Positions 28,090 through 39,357 are shown, counted from the first letter of the stretch. The stretch: DNA of 64,000 nt from Bacteroidales bacterium (GCA_035411425.1 DAONSX010000001.1:1678-65677), one strand, 5' to 3'. The notes: generated by a model from the letters alone, not told the origin. Numbers and translations: made by a program.

Positions 28090-31000
28090 TTATTTCAATG
28101 ATTTTTTTACTTCGATTTCTTCGAACCCTTCGATAATATCGCCTATTTTAATATCGTTGAACCCTTCGACATTTAGGCCGCATTCCTGACCTGTCTTCAC
28201 TTCCTTTACGTCTTCTTTGAATCGTTTGAGTGAACCCAGACGGCCTGTATAAATCACGATGCCATCCCGGATTAATCTGATTTTCGTATGCCGGTTGATG
28301 CTGCCATCGAGGACGAGGCATCCGGCTACCGTCCCTATCTTGCTGATATTGAAAATTTCCTTTACCTCGAGATTACAAACGATTTTTTCTTCGATTTTGG
28401 GTGCCATCATTCCTTCGATAGCGGCTTTTATTTCATCTATAGCTTGATAGATAATGGAATAGATCCTGATGTCTATTTGTTCCTGCTCGGCTAATTTTTT
28501 AGCATTGGCCGAAGGACGTACCTGAAATCCCACAATAATTGCATTGGAGGCCGACGCCAGCAAAACGTCGGTTTCGGTAACCTGACCTACCGATTTATGA
28601 ATGACATTTACCTGCACCTCATCGGTAGATAATTTCAACAAGGCGTCAGAAAGAGCTTCAACCGAGCCATCTACATCGCCCTTTACAATGAGGTTGAGTT
28701 CTTTGAAATCGCCAATGGCTATTCTACGGCCAATTTCATCGAGGGTAATATGTTTCTGTGTCCTAATCTCCATTTCACGTTGAAGTTGCTGACGTTTATT
28801 AGCAACTGCTTTAGCTTCCTTATCATCGAGGAACACGTTGAATTTGTCGCCTGCCTGTGGGGCACCACTGAGTCCAAGAATGAGAATGGGAGAGGAGGGC
28901 CCAACTTCTTTTACGAACTGGTTGCGTTCGTTGTACATTGCCTTTATTTTTCCATATACATTACCGGCAACAATAATATCGCCCTGATGAAGTGTGCCAT
29001 TTTGGACAAGAATTTTGGCTATGTAGCCACGGCCTTTATCGAGGCTGGATTCAATGACCGTACCAATAGCCGGCCGTTTAGGATTGGCCTTCAGATCGAG
29101 TAACTCGGCTTCAAGCAAGACTTTTTCCAGAAGCAAGTCAACATTTTGACCGGTTTTTGCAGAAATTTCCTGACACTGATATTTCCCTCCCCAATCTTCT
29201 ACAAGAATATTCAAACTGGCAAGTTCTTCTTTAACTCTGGTAGGATTGGCTGTAGGTTTATCCATCTTATTGATAGCGAACACCAAAGGAACACATGCTG
29301 CTAGTGCATGGTTGATGGCTTCTTTGGTTTGAGGCATTACCCCGTCGTCGGCAGCTACAACTATAATGGCAATATCGGTAATTTTTGCACCACGTGCACG
29401 CATGGCTGTAAAGGCTTCATGACCAGGAGTATCGAGAAAGGTAATTTTTTTCCCATTGCTTAATGTTACTTCATAAGCCCCAATGTGTTGAGTTATACCG
29501 CCATATTCTCCTGCAATTACATTTGAGTTGCGGATATAGTCGAGAAGTTTGGTTTTGCCGTGGTCAACATGGCCCATCACAGTAACGATAGGGTGTCGTG
29601 GCAAATAATCTTCGGGTCGATCTTCGAATCTTTGCTCTGAATCTTCTAAGATCTCTTCTTCCGAAAAGGCTACTTCATATCCAAATTCAGAAGCTATGAT
29701 ACTGATAGTTTCTGCATCAATCCTTTGATTTATCGAGACAAACAGACCTAAGTCGAGGCAAGTTTTAATTACTTCATTCACCGGAACATTCATCAAGCTG
29801 GCCAATTCATTGGCTGTAACAAATTCGGTAACTCTCAATACTTTTTTCTGTTCTTCTTCTTCTTCAAGCCTTCTGGCATTTTTCTCGAGTTGGGCAGCTC
29901 TTTTAGCTCGTCTGATCTTGGCCGTTTTTGATGTAGAACTGGTTTGCGATTTAAGAGCTGAAAGCGTTTCCTTTACCTTTTTTTGAATTTCTTCTTCTGT
30001 CAATTCAGGCTTGACCTCTTCTTTTACTCCCCTGTAATCCTTTGACTTGTCTTTCCTCTTTCTTGCCTTATGAACCACAGGTTTATGAGTTTCGACAGGA
30101 GTTTGAGATTTTGGTGTTGTTGCCTTTTCCAGGAGGCTTTCGCCGCTGATTCTTTTCCTTTTCTTCTTTTTCGATTTCTTGCCTACGACTTCTGATGAGG
30201 TGGCAACAGGCTCCTTGCCGGTAAGTTTGCCTCCCTTGACTTGTTCAAGTTCGATCTTCCCTATAATAGTAGGGCCAGGTAACTTTTTTACTTTGGTAGG
30301 AATGAAATTGTCGGGTTTGGTTGTTTTTTCCTCTGGTTCTATCTTTTTCACCGGAATAGGTTCTGTTATTTCGGGTTCAACCTTTACCATGGAGCTGGGA
30401 ATTTTTTCGACTTCTTGCCTGGTTTTCTGTGCTTCAAGAATCTCGGTTTCGGTTTTTATCTTTCTTTGAACTTCTGGTTCATCTTTCTGAATGGATTCCA
30501 AAACTCCGGCCTGCTCCTCTATTTCAGCCTTGGTTTGTATTTCGGCGGGTTGTTCCAGTGTAGGTGGTTGAATTGTTTTGCCCTCTAATGAAGGGGGAGG
30601 CCCCTCGTCTTCTTCCTTGATTGTAGAAACTTCCTCGATTTTTTTCTCTTCTATGACTGGAGTTTCCGTCTGTAGTTTTGGAGATTTTTTCCCTGAAACC
30701 TTGGGTGTAGCTGTTTTAGTGCTTTTTTTAGATGGTTTTTGTTTTTCGAGATCAATTTTGCCCACGATTTTTGGGCCTGGTATAATCTCTTGAACAGTTG
30801 ATCGAATTGAATTTTCTTCGGTCTCTAACTCTGGAGTAGTTGGTATGGTTTCTTGTATTGGTGGCTTTTCGGTAAAAGCAGTAGAACCAGTTTCAGGTTG
30901 GACAATAGTAGATTTTACCGAAGGAGGTGTAGGAGGTCTGATAACATTTTCTTTAATAATGATACTTTCACTTTCAGTGTCGGCTGAGGTTTCTTCTTTT

Positions 31001-31254
31001 ATCTTCCTGGTTTCTGTTGAGGGAATTTCTTTTTTAATGGAGGAGATACTTTTTTTCTCTACGGATTCTTTTATTTTTTTGTCAGATTCATACAATTTGC
31101 GCAATAAATCATATAATTCGGCAGGAATCCTGGTGTTGGGATTATTTTCGATTTTATGACCCTTCTTAGCCAGGTCTTCGACGATGGTACTAATCCCTAC
31201 ATTAAATTCCGTCGCAATTTTACTCAGCCTCACTGATAGTTTTTCTTCTGACAT
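28090..31254 (-). CDS. infB: Translation initiation factor IF-2
   Basis: 1054 aa. GTPase domain ([26 protein letters not shown]) preceded by a long K/E/P/T-rich N-terminal region. Confidence 0.95.
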   Translation of the reverse strand: MSEEKLSVRLSKIATEFNVGISTIVEDLAKKGHKIENNPNTRIPAELYDLLRKLYESDKKIKESVEKKSISSIKKEIPSTETRKIKEETSADTESESIIIKENVIRPPTPPSVKSTIVQPETGSTAFTEKPPIQETIPTTPELETEENSIRSTVQEIIPGPKIVGKIDLEKQKPSKKSTKTATPKVSGKKSPKLQTETPVIEEKKIEEVSTIKEEDEGPPPSLEGKTIQPPTLEQPAEIQTKAEIEEQAGVLESIQKDEPEVQRKIKTETEILEAQKTRQEVEKIPSSMVKVEPEITEPIPVKKIEPEEKTTKPDNFIPTKVKKLPGPTIIGKIELEQVKGGKLTGKEPVATSSEVVGKKSKKKKRKRISGESLLEKATTPKSQTPVETHKPVVHKARKRKDKSKDYRGVKEEVKPELTEEEIQKKVKETLSALKSQTSSTSKTAKIRRAKRAAQLEKNARRLEEEEEQKKVLRVTEFVTANELASLMNVPVNEVIKTCLDLGLFVSINQRIDAETISIIASEFGYEVAFSEEEILEDSEQRFEDRPEDYLPRHPIVTVMGHVDHGKTKLLDYIRNSNVIAGEYGGITQHIGAYEVTLSNGKKITFLDTPGHEAFTAMRARGAKITDIAIIVVAADDGVMPQTKEAINHALAACVPLVFAINKMDKPTANPTRVKEELASLNILVEDWGGKYQCQEISAKTGQNVDLLLEKVLLEAELLDLKANPKRPAIGTVIESSLDKGRGYIAKILVQNGTLHQGDIIVAGNVYGKIKAMYNERNQFVKEVGPSSPILILGLSGAPQAGDKFNVFLDDKEAKAVANKRQQLQREMEIRTQKHITLDEIGRRIAIGDFKELNLIVKGDVDGSVEALSDALLKLSTDEVQVNVIHKSVGQVTETDVLLASASNAIIVGFQVRPSANAKKLAEQEQIDIRIYSIIYQAIDEIKAAIEGMMAPKIEEKIVCNLEVKEIFNISKIGTVAGCLVLDGSINRHTKIRLIRDGIVIYTGRLGSLKRFKEDVKEVKTGQECGLNVEGFNDIKIGDIIEGFEEIEVKKSLK

Positions 31255-31285
31255 AAATTTTATTTATGATACGCTATAATTTTTG

Positions 31286-31293
31286 CAAAATTA
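31286..31293 (-). promoter_or_regulatory. Candidate -7 box TAATTTTG (minus strand)
   Basis: TAnnTTTG on the minus strand, 32 nt upstream of the infB ATG (31254). Confidence 0.35.
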
Positions 31294-31384
31294 GTCGATT
31301 AATATGAAATATCGGGTTATTATCATATTTCTATGGGTTTTGGTGAATAGGAGTGATTATTACTAAACATATTCGTAAATTTTA

Positions 31385-32617
31385 TTATTCGAATTCGGCT
31401 TGCAGTATTTTTCTAACTTCGAGAATAGTTTCTTCTTCAAGGTCGGTGCGGCGGATCAGTTCTTCCACACTTTCGTTTAGAACGCTTTTCGCAGTATCGA
31501 GGCCAATAGATTTAAAGGTATCGATGATCCATTGGTCAATTTCATCGGCAAATTCTTGCAAATCAACATCTTCGTACTCAGCATCGCTATCACGATAAAC
31601 GTCTATTTCATAGCCTGTAAGCTTTCCTGCTAGTTTGATGTTATAACCGCCTTTCCCGATGGCAAGCGAAACCTGGTCGGGTTTCATGTAAACTTCGGCT
31701 CTTTTGTTTTCTTCGTCGATGACGATGGATGAGACTTTGGCTGGGCTTAAGGCTCTTTGGATGAAAAGGCTTGGATTGGAAGTATAATTGATTACATCGA
31801 TGTTTTCGTTTCGGAGTTCACGTACAATTCCGTGAATACGCGAGCCTTTCATCCCCACACATGCGCCTACAGGATCGACGCGGTCGTCGTATGACTCTAC
31901 GGCCACTTTTGCCCTTTCTCCAGGTACTCTCACAATTTTCTTGATCGTAATCAGTCCATCATAAACTTCCGGTACTTCTTGCTCGATAAGTTTTTCGAGA
32001 AACAGGGGCGATGTACGTGAAAGGATTATAACTGGCTGGCTATTGCGCAGTTCCACTTTTGCAACTACAGCACGTATGGTATCGCCTTTATGATAATGGT
32101 CGTGAGGTATCTGTTCGCTTTTAGGCAACGAAAGCTCTATCCCTTCGTCGTCCAACACCAGTATTTCCTTTTTCCATATCTGATAAACTTCTCCGGTGAT
32201 AATTTCTCCAACTTTGTCCTTATATTTTCGGTAAATGTTATCCTTTTCGTATTCCTGCACTTTGCTGATCAGATTCTGGCGAATTGTAAGAATTTCACGG
32301 CGTCCGAAATCTTCGAGCTTGATTTCCTGATACACCTGTTCTCCAATTTCGAAATCCGGCTCTAATTTTATGGCCTCCGAATATTCGATTTCCTTGTTGG
32401 GATCGGTAAGATTCCCATCTTCGACTATGGTCAGAGTCCTCCATATTTCAAGGTCTCCCTTGTCGATATTTACAATGATGTCGAAATTCTCGTCAGTACC
32501 GAATTTTTTAATCAAAGTATGACGGAAAACATCTTCCAGGATGCGCATAAGCGTTTCTCGGTCGATATTCTTATAATCTTTGAACTCTGTAAAAGAGGTT
32601 ATTAAATTATGTTCCAT
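31385..32617 (-). CDS. nusA: Transcription termination/antitermination factor NusA
   Basis: N-terminal domain, S1 domain (GEIITGEVYQ) and two KH domains (GACVGMKGSRIHGIVRELRNENIDVI; AIGKGGYNIKLAGKLTGYEIDV). Confidence 0.95.
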   Translation of the reverse strand: MEHNLITSFTEFKDYKNIDRETLMRILEDVFRHTLIKKFGTDENFDIIVNIDKGDLEIWRTLTIVEDGNLTDPNKEIEYSEAIKLEPDFEIGEQVYQEIKLEDFGRREILTIRQNLISKVQEYEKDNIYRKYKDKVGEIITGEVYQIWKKEILVLDDEGIELSLPKSEQIPHDHYHKGDTIRAVVAKVELRNSQPVIILSRTSPLFLEKLIEQEVPEVYDGLITIKKIVRVPGERAKVAVESYDDRVDPVGACVGMKGSRIHGIVRELRNENIDVINYTSNPSLFIQRALSPAKVSSIVIDEENKRAEVYMKPDQVSLAIGKGGYNIKLAGKLTGYEIDVYRDSDAEYEDVDLQEFADEIDQWIIDTFKSIGLDTAKSVLNESVEELIRRTDLEEETILEVRKILQAEFE

Positions 32618-32645
32618 AAACTCAAAATTTTATTTCGTTGTAAAG

Positions 32646-33110
32646 TTATTTAAAGCTTAGTTCGATGCGGGCTTCTTCGATATTTTCGAAAGGGAAAAAT
32701 TTCTCGATGAAATGGATTTTTTTCTTTCCTTTTTCGGTGATGATGGTTTCTTGAATGTTCAGGACAATGCCCTCCGGTTCAACTCTTTGAAGTTCTCCTC
32801 TAACTTGATGTTTGTCGGTCAAGATGATTTTGAATTTTCGGCCGATGTGTCGTTTGTATTGCCGTTTAAGGCGAATGGGTGCATCGGCGCCTGTCGACGA
32901 AACTTCCAAAGAGTAGTCTTCTTCGTCACGGTTTAGTTTCGATTCGATAAACCGACTTAGTGTGGCACAATCCTCAATATTTATGCCATGATCACCATCG
33001 ATAAATACAAGGATTTTATTCCCCGGTTTAATTTTCAAATCAACCAGGAACTTGTCGCTCCCTTCGAGGTACAAATCAATGATTTCCAATATTTTGAAAC
33101 TGTCAATCAC
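32646..33110 (-). CDS. rimP: Ribosome maturation factor RimP
   Basis: 154 aa, immediately upstream of nusA-infB. SSTGADAPIRLKRQYKRHIGR matches the RimP signature (SSPG.drpL). Confidence 0.88.
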   Translation of the reverse strand: MIDSFKILEIIDLYLEGSDKFLVDLKIKPGNKILVFIDGDHGINIEDCATLSRFIESKLNRDEEDYSLEVSSTGADAPIRLKRQYKRHIGRKFKIILTDKHQVRGELQRVEPEGIVLNIQETIITEKGKKKIHFIEKFFPFENIEEARIELSFK

Positions 33111-33193
33111 TTGTGAATTATTATTTTAGAAATAAAAATTGGGGATTGAATCCCCACCTTTATTTTGCATTTTCCATGCGCATAAATCGTTTG

Positions 33194-33201
33194 CAAAATT
33201 A
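33194..33201 (-). promoter_or_regulatory. Candidate -7 box TAATTTTG (minus strand)
   Basis: TAnnTTTG on the minus strand, 84 nt upstream of the rimP ATG (33110). Confidence 0.35.
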
Positions 33202-33309
33202 GTATATTTTAAAATTAATCAAAATTATTAGTATAGAATGACATGAAATTTTTGCAAGTATAAATTCTTATTAAACAGTGAATAATTAAACGGATATTGA
33301 TAGATTGAG

Positions 33310-33317
33310 TAAGTTTG
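33310..33317 (+). promoter_or_regulatory. Candidate -7 box TAAGTTTG
   Basis: TAnnTTTG match 22 nt upstream of the ATG at 33339. Confidence 0.4.
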
Positions 33318-33338
33318 CCATGAAAATTGACTTGAGAA

Positions 33339-34490
33339 ATGCCAAGGATTTTAGTTGTAGATGATGAGCGTGCCATCCGCAATACCTTGAGGGAGATTCT
33401 TGAATATGAGAAATATATGGTGGATGAAGCGCAAAATGGACAGGAAGCCATTGAAAAGGTTCAATCCAACGATTATGATTTGGTTTTGTGCGATATTAAG
33501 ATGCCCGGGATAGATGGCATAGAGGTATTGGATAAGATATTAGAACAAGGTGAAACGCCTGTTATCATGATATCGGGTCATGGCACAATCGATACTGCAG
33601 TAGAAGCGATTAAGAAAGGTGCCTTCGATTATATCAGCAAACCTCTCGATTTGAATCGATTGCTTGTCAGTGTAAGGAATGCGTTGGATCGCTCGAGATT
33701 GCTCACCGAAACTCGAAATCTCAGGAAGAGGGTTTTAAAGAATAATCAAATCATAGGCGAATCGAATGCCATAAAGAATGTTCTGGCCATGTTAGAGAGA
33801 GTAGCTCCTACCAATGCTAGAGTATTAATTACGGGAGAAAACGGTACTGGTAAAGAACTTGTAGCCAGGGCATTACACGAAAATAGTCCCAGAGCTCATA
33901 ACCCATTTGTGGAGGTGAATTGTGCTGCTATTCCTTCTGAACTTATCGAAAGCCAATTATTTGGACATGAAAAGGGATCTTTCACTTCGGCCATCAAGCA
34001 AAGGAAAGGAGATTTCGAACTGGCAAATGGAGGAACTTTGTTTCTGGATGAAATAGGCGATATGAGCTTGTCGGCTCAGGCCAAGGTGTTGAGGTCGCTA
34101 CAGGAAAATAAAATTACACGTGTAGGAGGAGAAAAGGAAATTCCGGTAGATGTACGAATAATAGCAGCTACCAATAAGGATTTGAAAGCGGAAATTGCTA
34201 AGGGAAACTTTAGAGAAGATCTTTATCACCGTTTGAGTGTCATCATCATTCATGTACCTTCGTTAGCCGAACGAACAGAGGATATTCCTTTGCTAGCAAA
34301 GCATTTTATGGAAATTATTTCGGCCGAAATGGGTAAACCACCCCTCGAATTTACCCCTGATTCCCTCGAAGCTCTTAAAAAACGGAAATGGACTGGGAAT
34401 GTGCGTGAATTGAGAAATATGGTAGAAAGGCTGGCTATATTGTGCGATCGTGTGATTACGGCTGAAGATGTAATAAAATATTCCAATTAG
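33339..34490 (+). CDS. Sigma-54-dependent response regulator (receiver + AAA+ domains, no C-terminal HTH)
   Basis: Receiver domain (ILVVDDE..DLVLCDIKMPG), AAA+ Walker A GENGTGKE, GHEKGSFTSA (variant of GAFTGA), and RELRN sensor II. The protein ends about 15 aa after the AAA+ domain. Confidence 0.85.
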   Translation: MPRILVVDDERAIRNTLREILEYEKYMVDEAQNGQEAIEKVQSNDYDLVLCDIKMPGIDGIEVLDKILEQGETPVIMISGHGTIDTAVEAIKKGAFDYISKPLDLNRLLVSVRNALDRSRLLTETRNLRKRVLKNNQIIGESNAIKNVLAMLERVAPTNARVLITGENGTGKELVARALHENSPRAHNPFVEVNCAAIPSELIESQLFGHEKGSFTSAIKQRKGDFELANGGTLFLDEIGDMSLSAQAKVLRSLQENKITRVGGEKEIPVDVRIIAATNKDLKAEIAKGNFREDLYHRLSVIIIHVPSLAERTEDIPLLAKHFMEIISAEMGKPPLEFTPDSLEALKKRKWTGNVRELRNMVERLAILCDRVITAEDVIKYSN

Positions 34491-35158
34491 AGATCATCGT
34501 TTGCCTTATTTCTCAGCATAGGAACAAAGGCAAAAAAACCATGTTCTTCTTTCGTAAGACTTCCATCGGCATTCTTGATAAGCAATGTCATGATTTGCAT
34601 GGAATTTTTACCTATGGGTACCACTAACCTTCCTCCAGGCTTCAACTGCTCGATAAGTGCCTGGGGTATTTCGGGAGCTCCAGCCGTAATAATTATCTTG
34701 TCGAATGGAGCATAAGCAGGTAAGCCTTTATATCCATCGCCATAAAAACACCGTATATCAGAAAATCCTGCCGCTTGCAAGAACTCCTTGGTTTGTTGAT
34801 AAAGTTTCTTTTGGCGTTCGATAGTAAAAACTTTTGCTCCAAGTTTCGATAAAACGCAGGCTTGGTATCCAGAACCCGTCCCAATCTCCAGAACCTTTTC
34901 CATGGGCTGTATATCGAGAAGTTGAGTTTGAAATGCCACTGTATAAGGTTGCGATATGGTTTGCTGGTATCCAATCGGAAAGGGTTTATCCTGATAGGCA
35001 AATTCGAGAAATGCCACATCGAGAAACCAATGACGTGGAATTTCTTCGATAGCTTTTAATACATTTTCACTGGTAATGCCTTTTCTTCTGATTTCTTCGA
35101 CCAGTTTTTTCCTCAAACCTTTATGACGATAATTATCTTCGAATTTTCGCTGGAGCAT
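34487..35158 (-). CDS. pcm: Protein-L-isoaspartate O-methyltransferase
   Basis: ISQPYTVA, VLEIGTGSGYQ and GGRLVVPIG motifs; 223 aa. Confidence 0.9.
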   Translation of the reverse strand: MLQRKFEDNYRHKGLRKKLVEEIRRKGITSENVLKAIEEIPRHWFLDVAFLEFAYQDKPFPIGYQQTISQPYTVAFQTQLLDIQPMEKVLEIGTGSGYQACVLSKLGAKVFTIERQKKLYQQTKEFLQAAGFSDIRCFYGDGYKGLPAYAPFDKIIITAGAPEIPQALIEQLKPGGRLVVPIGKNSMQIMTLLIKNADGSLTKEEHGFFAFVPMLRNKANDDL

Positions 35159-35259
35159 ATTTTACTTTGTTCGCACTGCGAAATTACGTTTTTAGAATGA
35201 ATTTAAGCATTCCTTATTCGTTAATTCTTGGGCTATTTTGGAGATGAGATGATTTTTCC

Positions 35260-35267
35260 TACGTTTG
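35260..35267 (+). promoter_or_regulatory. Candidate -7 box TACGTTTG
   Basis: TAnnTTTG match 32 nt upstream of the ATG at 35299. Confidence 0.4.
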
Positions 35268-35298
35268 CAGGTTTTATCTTCGATAGGGGAAATAATTC

Positions 35299-36276
35299 AT
35301 GAATAAGTTGAAAATAGGTGTTTTAGGTGCAGGTCATCTGGGGAAGATTCATATTCGTTGCATACGAGAAATAGAAACTTATCGGTTGATGGGTTTTTAC
35401 GATCCAGATGGTCAAACCGCTGCGAAGGTTTCGGAAGATTTTTCGTTAAAGTCGTATCCTGACATCGATTCGTTGATAGAAGATGTTGATGTAGTCGATA
35501 TTGTAACTCCTACGGTCGAACATTTCAAATGCGCTTCGAAAGCGCTAAGAGAGTCGCGGCATGTATTTATCGAAAAACCCATCGTAGCCACTCCCGACGA
35601 AGCACGCGAACTTATGAAACTGGCATACGAGGCCAATGTGAAGGTGCAAGTAGGACATGTTGAGCGTTTTAATCCTGCCTTTCTGACGGCTAAACCTTTT
35701 TTCAACCGTCCTATGTTTATCGAAGCTCACCGGCTTTCGATGTTCAATCCCCGCGGGCTCGATGTCCCGGTCATACTCGACCTGATGATTCACGACCTCG
35801 ATATTGTTTTAAGCTTAGTAAAAAGCGATATCAAACGCATACATGCTAGTGGGGTCGCCATCATTAGTGATACACCCGATATTGCTAATGCCCGATTGGA
35901 ATTCGAAAATGGCTGTGTAGCCAATCTTACTGCCAGTCGGATGAGCCTGAAAAACATGCGTAAGATTCGTTTTTTTCAGCATGATGCTTATATCTCGGTA
36001 AATTTTTTAGATAAAAAAGTCGAAATTGTACGTATCAAAGACCATGATCCCGAACGTCAAGGTCCTTTCGACATGGTTCTCGATATGGGCCCGGGTAAAC
36101 CTGCAAAACAATTTGTGTTCGAAAACCCTCCCATCGTACCGGTAAACGCTATTAAAATGGAGTTGGAAAGCTTTGCTACCGCACTCATTTATGACGACAT
36201 ACCACCGGTAACTATTCAGGATGGTATCAATGCCCTTAATCTGGCCTATATGATCATGGAGAAAATAAATATGTAA
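35299..36276 (+). CDS. Gfo/Idh/MocA family oxidoreductase
   Basis: N-terminal Rossmann motif KIGVLGAGHLGKIH and EKP motif (VFIEKPI); 325 aa. Confidence 0.85.
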   Translation: MNKLKIGVLGAGHLGKIHIRCIREIETYRLMGFYDPDGQTAAKVSEDFSLKSYPDIDSLIEDVDVVDIVTPTVEHFKCASKALRESRHVFIEKPIVATPDEARELMKLAYEANVKVQVGHVERFNPAFLTAKPFFNRPMFIEAHRLSMFNPRGLDVPVILDLMIHDLDIVLSLVKSDIKRIHASGVAIISDTPDIANARLEFENGCVANLTASRMSLKNMRKIRFFQHDAYISVNFLDKKVEIVRIKDHDPERQGPFDMVLDMGPGKPAKQFVFENPPIVPVNAIKMELESFATALIYDDIPPVTIQDGINALNLAYMIMEKINM

Positions 36277-36369
36277 CCCGATATTTTCTCAATTTTTTTA
36301 TTCACATCAATAATATTCAGCCTACAATCTGCGTTTTCAAAACGAACCCAAGTTTCTTTTTGCTTTTTT

Positions 36370-37281
36370 ATGAGCGTTAAATTCCTCGATATATTTTGTT
36401 TAATCTTGTTTTCAATCGCGTTCTTGTCATGCGAGGATTTTGAAGGCGAACAAACCATTCCGGCTTATTTAAAAATTGACAGCATAGCTTTAAAAATCGT
36501 ATCACCTTCACAGGGAAGTGCTTCGAGCAAAATTACAGATGCATGGGTTTATATCGATGAACAGCTAATTGGTGCTTTCGAACTGCCTGCAACTATTCCC
36601 TTGCTTTATACCGGCAAACACCGTCTTACTATTATTCCTGGCATCAGAATGGACGGAATGGTGCAACTGCGAGCTTATTACCCCCTCTACAATCAAATAC
36701 GCCGCGAAATCTTTCTTTCCCCTGATTCGGTTACCATCATAAAAGGAAATTTAATCAACGGGAAAAATACAATCTATACCACATACAAGGATTTGGTTCA
36801 ATTTTCCTGGAGTGAAAATTTCGAAGATGAAAACCTTGCCCTTGATACTACAAAAAAAAGCAATGTCAATTTTATGCTCACTCCCGAAGATGATCCAGCC
36901 ACATTCGAAGGCTTACATTCAGGGAAAATTATTCTTACATTGACCGATACCATTTTCGAAGCCATGACTTCCGAAGCCATAAGTCTGCCCCGTAATGGCT
37001 CACCAGTGTTCCTCGAAATGAACTATCGTTGCACAAACACATTTACTTTCGGAATCATTGCACTGGGAAGCGATCAATATATTCAATCTCCAATCCTCGA
37101 TCTGAACCCATCTGCAAGTTGGAATAAAATTTATATAAACCTCACTCCAAACGTTAGTAGCTCTGATGATGCCCTTAAGTTTAAACTCTTCTGGGGAGCC
37201 ATGCTCGATATTGGGCAGGAGCAAACCGAGATATATTTCGATAATATGAAATTGGTTTATTTAAATAATCAGTCGAAGTAG
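36370..37281 (+). CDS. Hypothetical lipoprotein
   Basis: Lipobox LFSIAFLSC. I recognise no motif. It lies 3 nt upstream of the sugar transferase gene. Confidence 0.5.
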   Translation: MSVKFLDIFCLILFSIAFLSCEDFEGEQTIPAYLKIDSIALKIVSPSQGSASSKITDAWVYIDEQLIGAFELPATIPLLYTGKHRLTIIPGIRMDGMVQLRAYYPLYNQIRREIFLSPDSVTIIKGNLINGKNTIYTTYKDLVQFSWSENFEDENLALDTTKKSNVNFMLTPEDDPATFEGLHSGKIILTLTDTIFEAMTSEAISLPRNGSPVFLEMNYRCTNTFTFGIIALGSDQYIQSPILDLNPSASWNKIYINLTPNVSSSDDALKFKLFWGAMLDIGQEQTEIYFDNMKLVYLNNQSK

Positions 37282-37284
37282 TTT

Positions 37285-38697
37285 ATGAATAAAAATTTAC
37301 AAATTGCTAAATATGTTGTTGCTGATTATCTTACTGCACTACTAGCATGGAGCTTGTTTTTCTTTTACCGCAAATATTATGTCGATCCTTATTTTCTCGA
37401 ACATTATACCGTGGTTTTCGATGATCCCAAATTCTTTTACGGCATTATTGGAATTCCCTTTTTCTGGCTAATTCTTTATGCTATATCAGGCCAATATCGT
37501 AAAATTTATCGTAAATCGAGGTTGAAGGAATTGGGTCATACTTTGATCATTACCCTGATAGGGGTTCTAATTATTTTCTTTGTTTTGATTCTTGATGATG
37601 TAATTCGTTCTTATAAATCCTATTATCAATCATTTTTAGTTTTATTCGTTTTGCATTTTTCATTTACTTATTCGGCCCGATTTTTACTAACTACTATTAC
37701 TAACAACAAGATTCATCGACGAAAGATTGGATTCAATACGGTTATGGTGGGCTGCAATGGCAATGCCTTATCCATATATCAGGAAATCGAAAACCAGCCT
37801 TTGTCGCCAGGCAACAAATTTGTTGGATTTGTCGATGCGGGGGTTTCTGAAAAGAATTTACTCGATGGTTATATGCCTCATTTGGGAAGCTATAAGGATC
37901 TGAAAAGAATAATCGATGAATATAAGATTGAGGAAGTAATCATTGCATTCGAGCGATCGGAAAAAGATACTGTCGAACGGGTAATTACCGAACTGGAAGA
38001 TGCCAATGTGGTGATAAAGATTGCTCCCATCATGCAGGATATTCTTCTGGGGTCGGTTCGTACCTCCTCCATTTATTCACCCTTGATTGAAATTTCGACC
38101 GATTTGATGCCTGCATGGCAAATGGTATTGAAACGAGCCATGGATATTGTCGTTTCATTGATTGCGATTATTGTTCTTTCTCCCGTATTTTTATTCACAG
38201 CCATTGGAGTAAAACTTTCGTCGCCGGGTCCTATACTCTATAGCCAACCACGAGTAGGACTGAGAGGGAAAACATTTAAAATGGTCAAATTCCGTTCTAT
38301 GTATCAAGATGCCGAAAGCAATGGTCCACAATTATCCTCGAAAAACGATCCGCGAGTAACACCTTTTGGAAGAATCATGCGGCAATACCGATTGGACGAA
38401 ATCCCTCAGTTTTTTACAGTACTGAAAGGTGATATGTCCATAGTAGGTCCGAGGCCCGAACGTTCTTATTACATCGAACAGATCATCCAAAAAATGCCTC
38501 ATTACAAACTGTTACTCAAAGTAAAACCAGGAATAACGAGTTGGGGACAGGTAAAATTTGGTTATGCCGAAAACCTCGATCAGATGACCGAAAGGGCAAA
38601 ATTCGATCTCATATATCTGGATAATATGTCAATTGCCATGGATATTAAGATACTCGTCTATACCATCATGATTGTTTTACAGGGAAGAGGAAAGTAA
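37285..38697 (+). CDS. Polyprenyl-phosphate glycosyl-1-phosphate transferase (bacterial sugar transferase, WbaP/EpsB-like)
   Basis: N-terminal TM helices, then the C-terminal bacterial sugar transferase domain (KRAMDIVVSL, KFRSM, DPRVTPFGRIMRQYRLDEIPQFF, GDMSIVGPRPE). Confidence 0.85.
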   Translation: MNKNLQIAKYVVADYLTALLAWSLFFFYRKYYVDPYFLEHYTVVFDDPKFFYGIIGIPFFWLILYAISGQYRKIYRKSRLKELGHTLIITLIGVLIIFFVLILDDVIRSYKSYYQSFLVLFVLHFSFTYSARFLLTTITNNKIHRRKIGFNTVMVGCNGNALSIYQEIENQPLSPGNKFVGFVDAGVSEKNLLDGYMPHLGSYKDLKRIIDEYKIEEVIIAFERSEKDTVERVITELEDANVVIKIAPIMQDILLGSVRTSSIYSPLIEISTDLMPAWQMVLKRAMDIVVSLIAIIVLSPVFLFTAIGVKLSSPGPILYSQPRVGLRGKTFKMVKFRSMYQDAESNGPQLSSKNDPRVTPFGRIMRQYRLDEIPQFFTVLKGDMSIVGPRPERSYYIEQIIQKMPHYKLLLKVKPGITSWGQVKFGYAENLDQMTERAKFDLIYLDNMSIAMDIKILVYTIMIVLQGRGK

Positions 38698-38703
38698 TTG
38701 CTC

Positions 38704-39357
38704 TCAAAGAGCACCGTTTTCGATTAGAACCACGATCTGTTCGATAGTGGCATCTTTTCCGTAAGGGTCGTATTTTTCTTTCAAATTATATCCAAAAATC
38801 CGGGCAAATGAATGCCAGAAAAAAGCCATAAATTTTCCCTTGAGTTCTTTTACGAGTTCATACGAAGAATTACCCGTTTCTCTATCTAATAGTTTAAATA
38901 GAATCTTCCCTTGTGTAAAGGTGAGTTTTTCCAATTCGTCGGAATATTGTTCGGTTAGCTCTTTTTCTAAACGATTGACATATTTTTTCCGTTCCTTTTC
39001 CGATTTAGAGGTCAAAATGAGATTTTCGTATTCCTGAAATTTAATGCCTGCCAATCGTGCATAAGGATACACTTTTTTCACATTACGTACCAATTTTTCC
39101 CATTGACGCTGATCCTTCTTGTTTTTGAATACGGGTAAACCATAGATTGTAACAGGGTTGAGGTTTATCAAAGGGATAGTATCATTCTCGAATATAGTAG
39201 CCCTGACCACTATTTGAGGTGAAGTTTGAGCTTCAATGGTCATTGCTGTACATAGAAGAAGAATGCCTGTTACAATCGACTTTTTCACGGTAAAAATTCT
39301 CGAAACGAATTTGAATGAGAGTGCAAATTTAATACCGGAATAAACACCCGGAAACAT
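38704..39357 (-). CDS. Hypothetical secreted protein (DUF4294-like)
   Basis: Signal peptide (VTGILLLCTAMTIEAQ). The family call is from memory of KVYPYA-containing Bacteroidota proteins and is unverified. The start could be GTG 39288. Confidence 0.45.
   Translation of the reverse strand: MFPGVYSGIKFALSFKFVSRIFTVKKSIVTGILLLCTAMTIEAQTSPQIVVRATIFENDTIPLINLNPVTIYGLPVFKNKKDQRQWEKLVRNVKKVYPYARLAGIKFQEYENLILTSKSEKERKKYVNRLEKELTEQYSDELEKLTFTQGKILFKLLDRETGNSSYELVKELKGKFMAFFWHSFARIFGYNLKEKYDPYGKDATIEQIVVLIENGAL

Noticed and set aside
30000-31000. The K/E/P/T-rich repetitive N-terminal third of the 28090-31254 protein as an unusual fusion or repeat element
   Set aside because: A long low-complexity N-terminal region is normal for bacterial IF-2, and the GTPase and C-terminal domains are standard.
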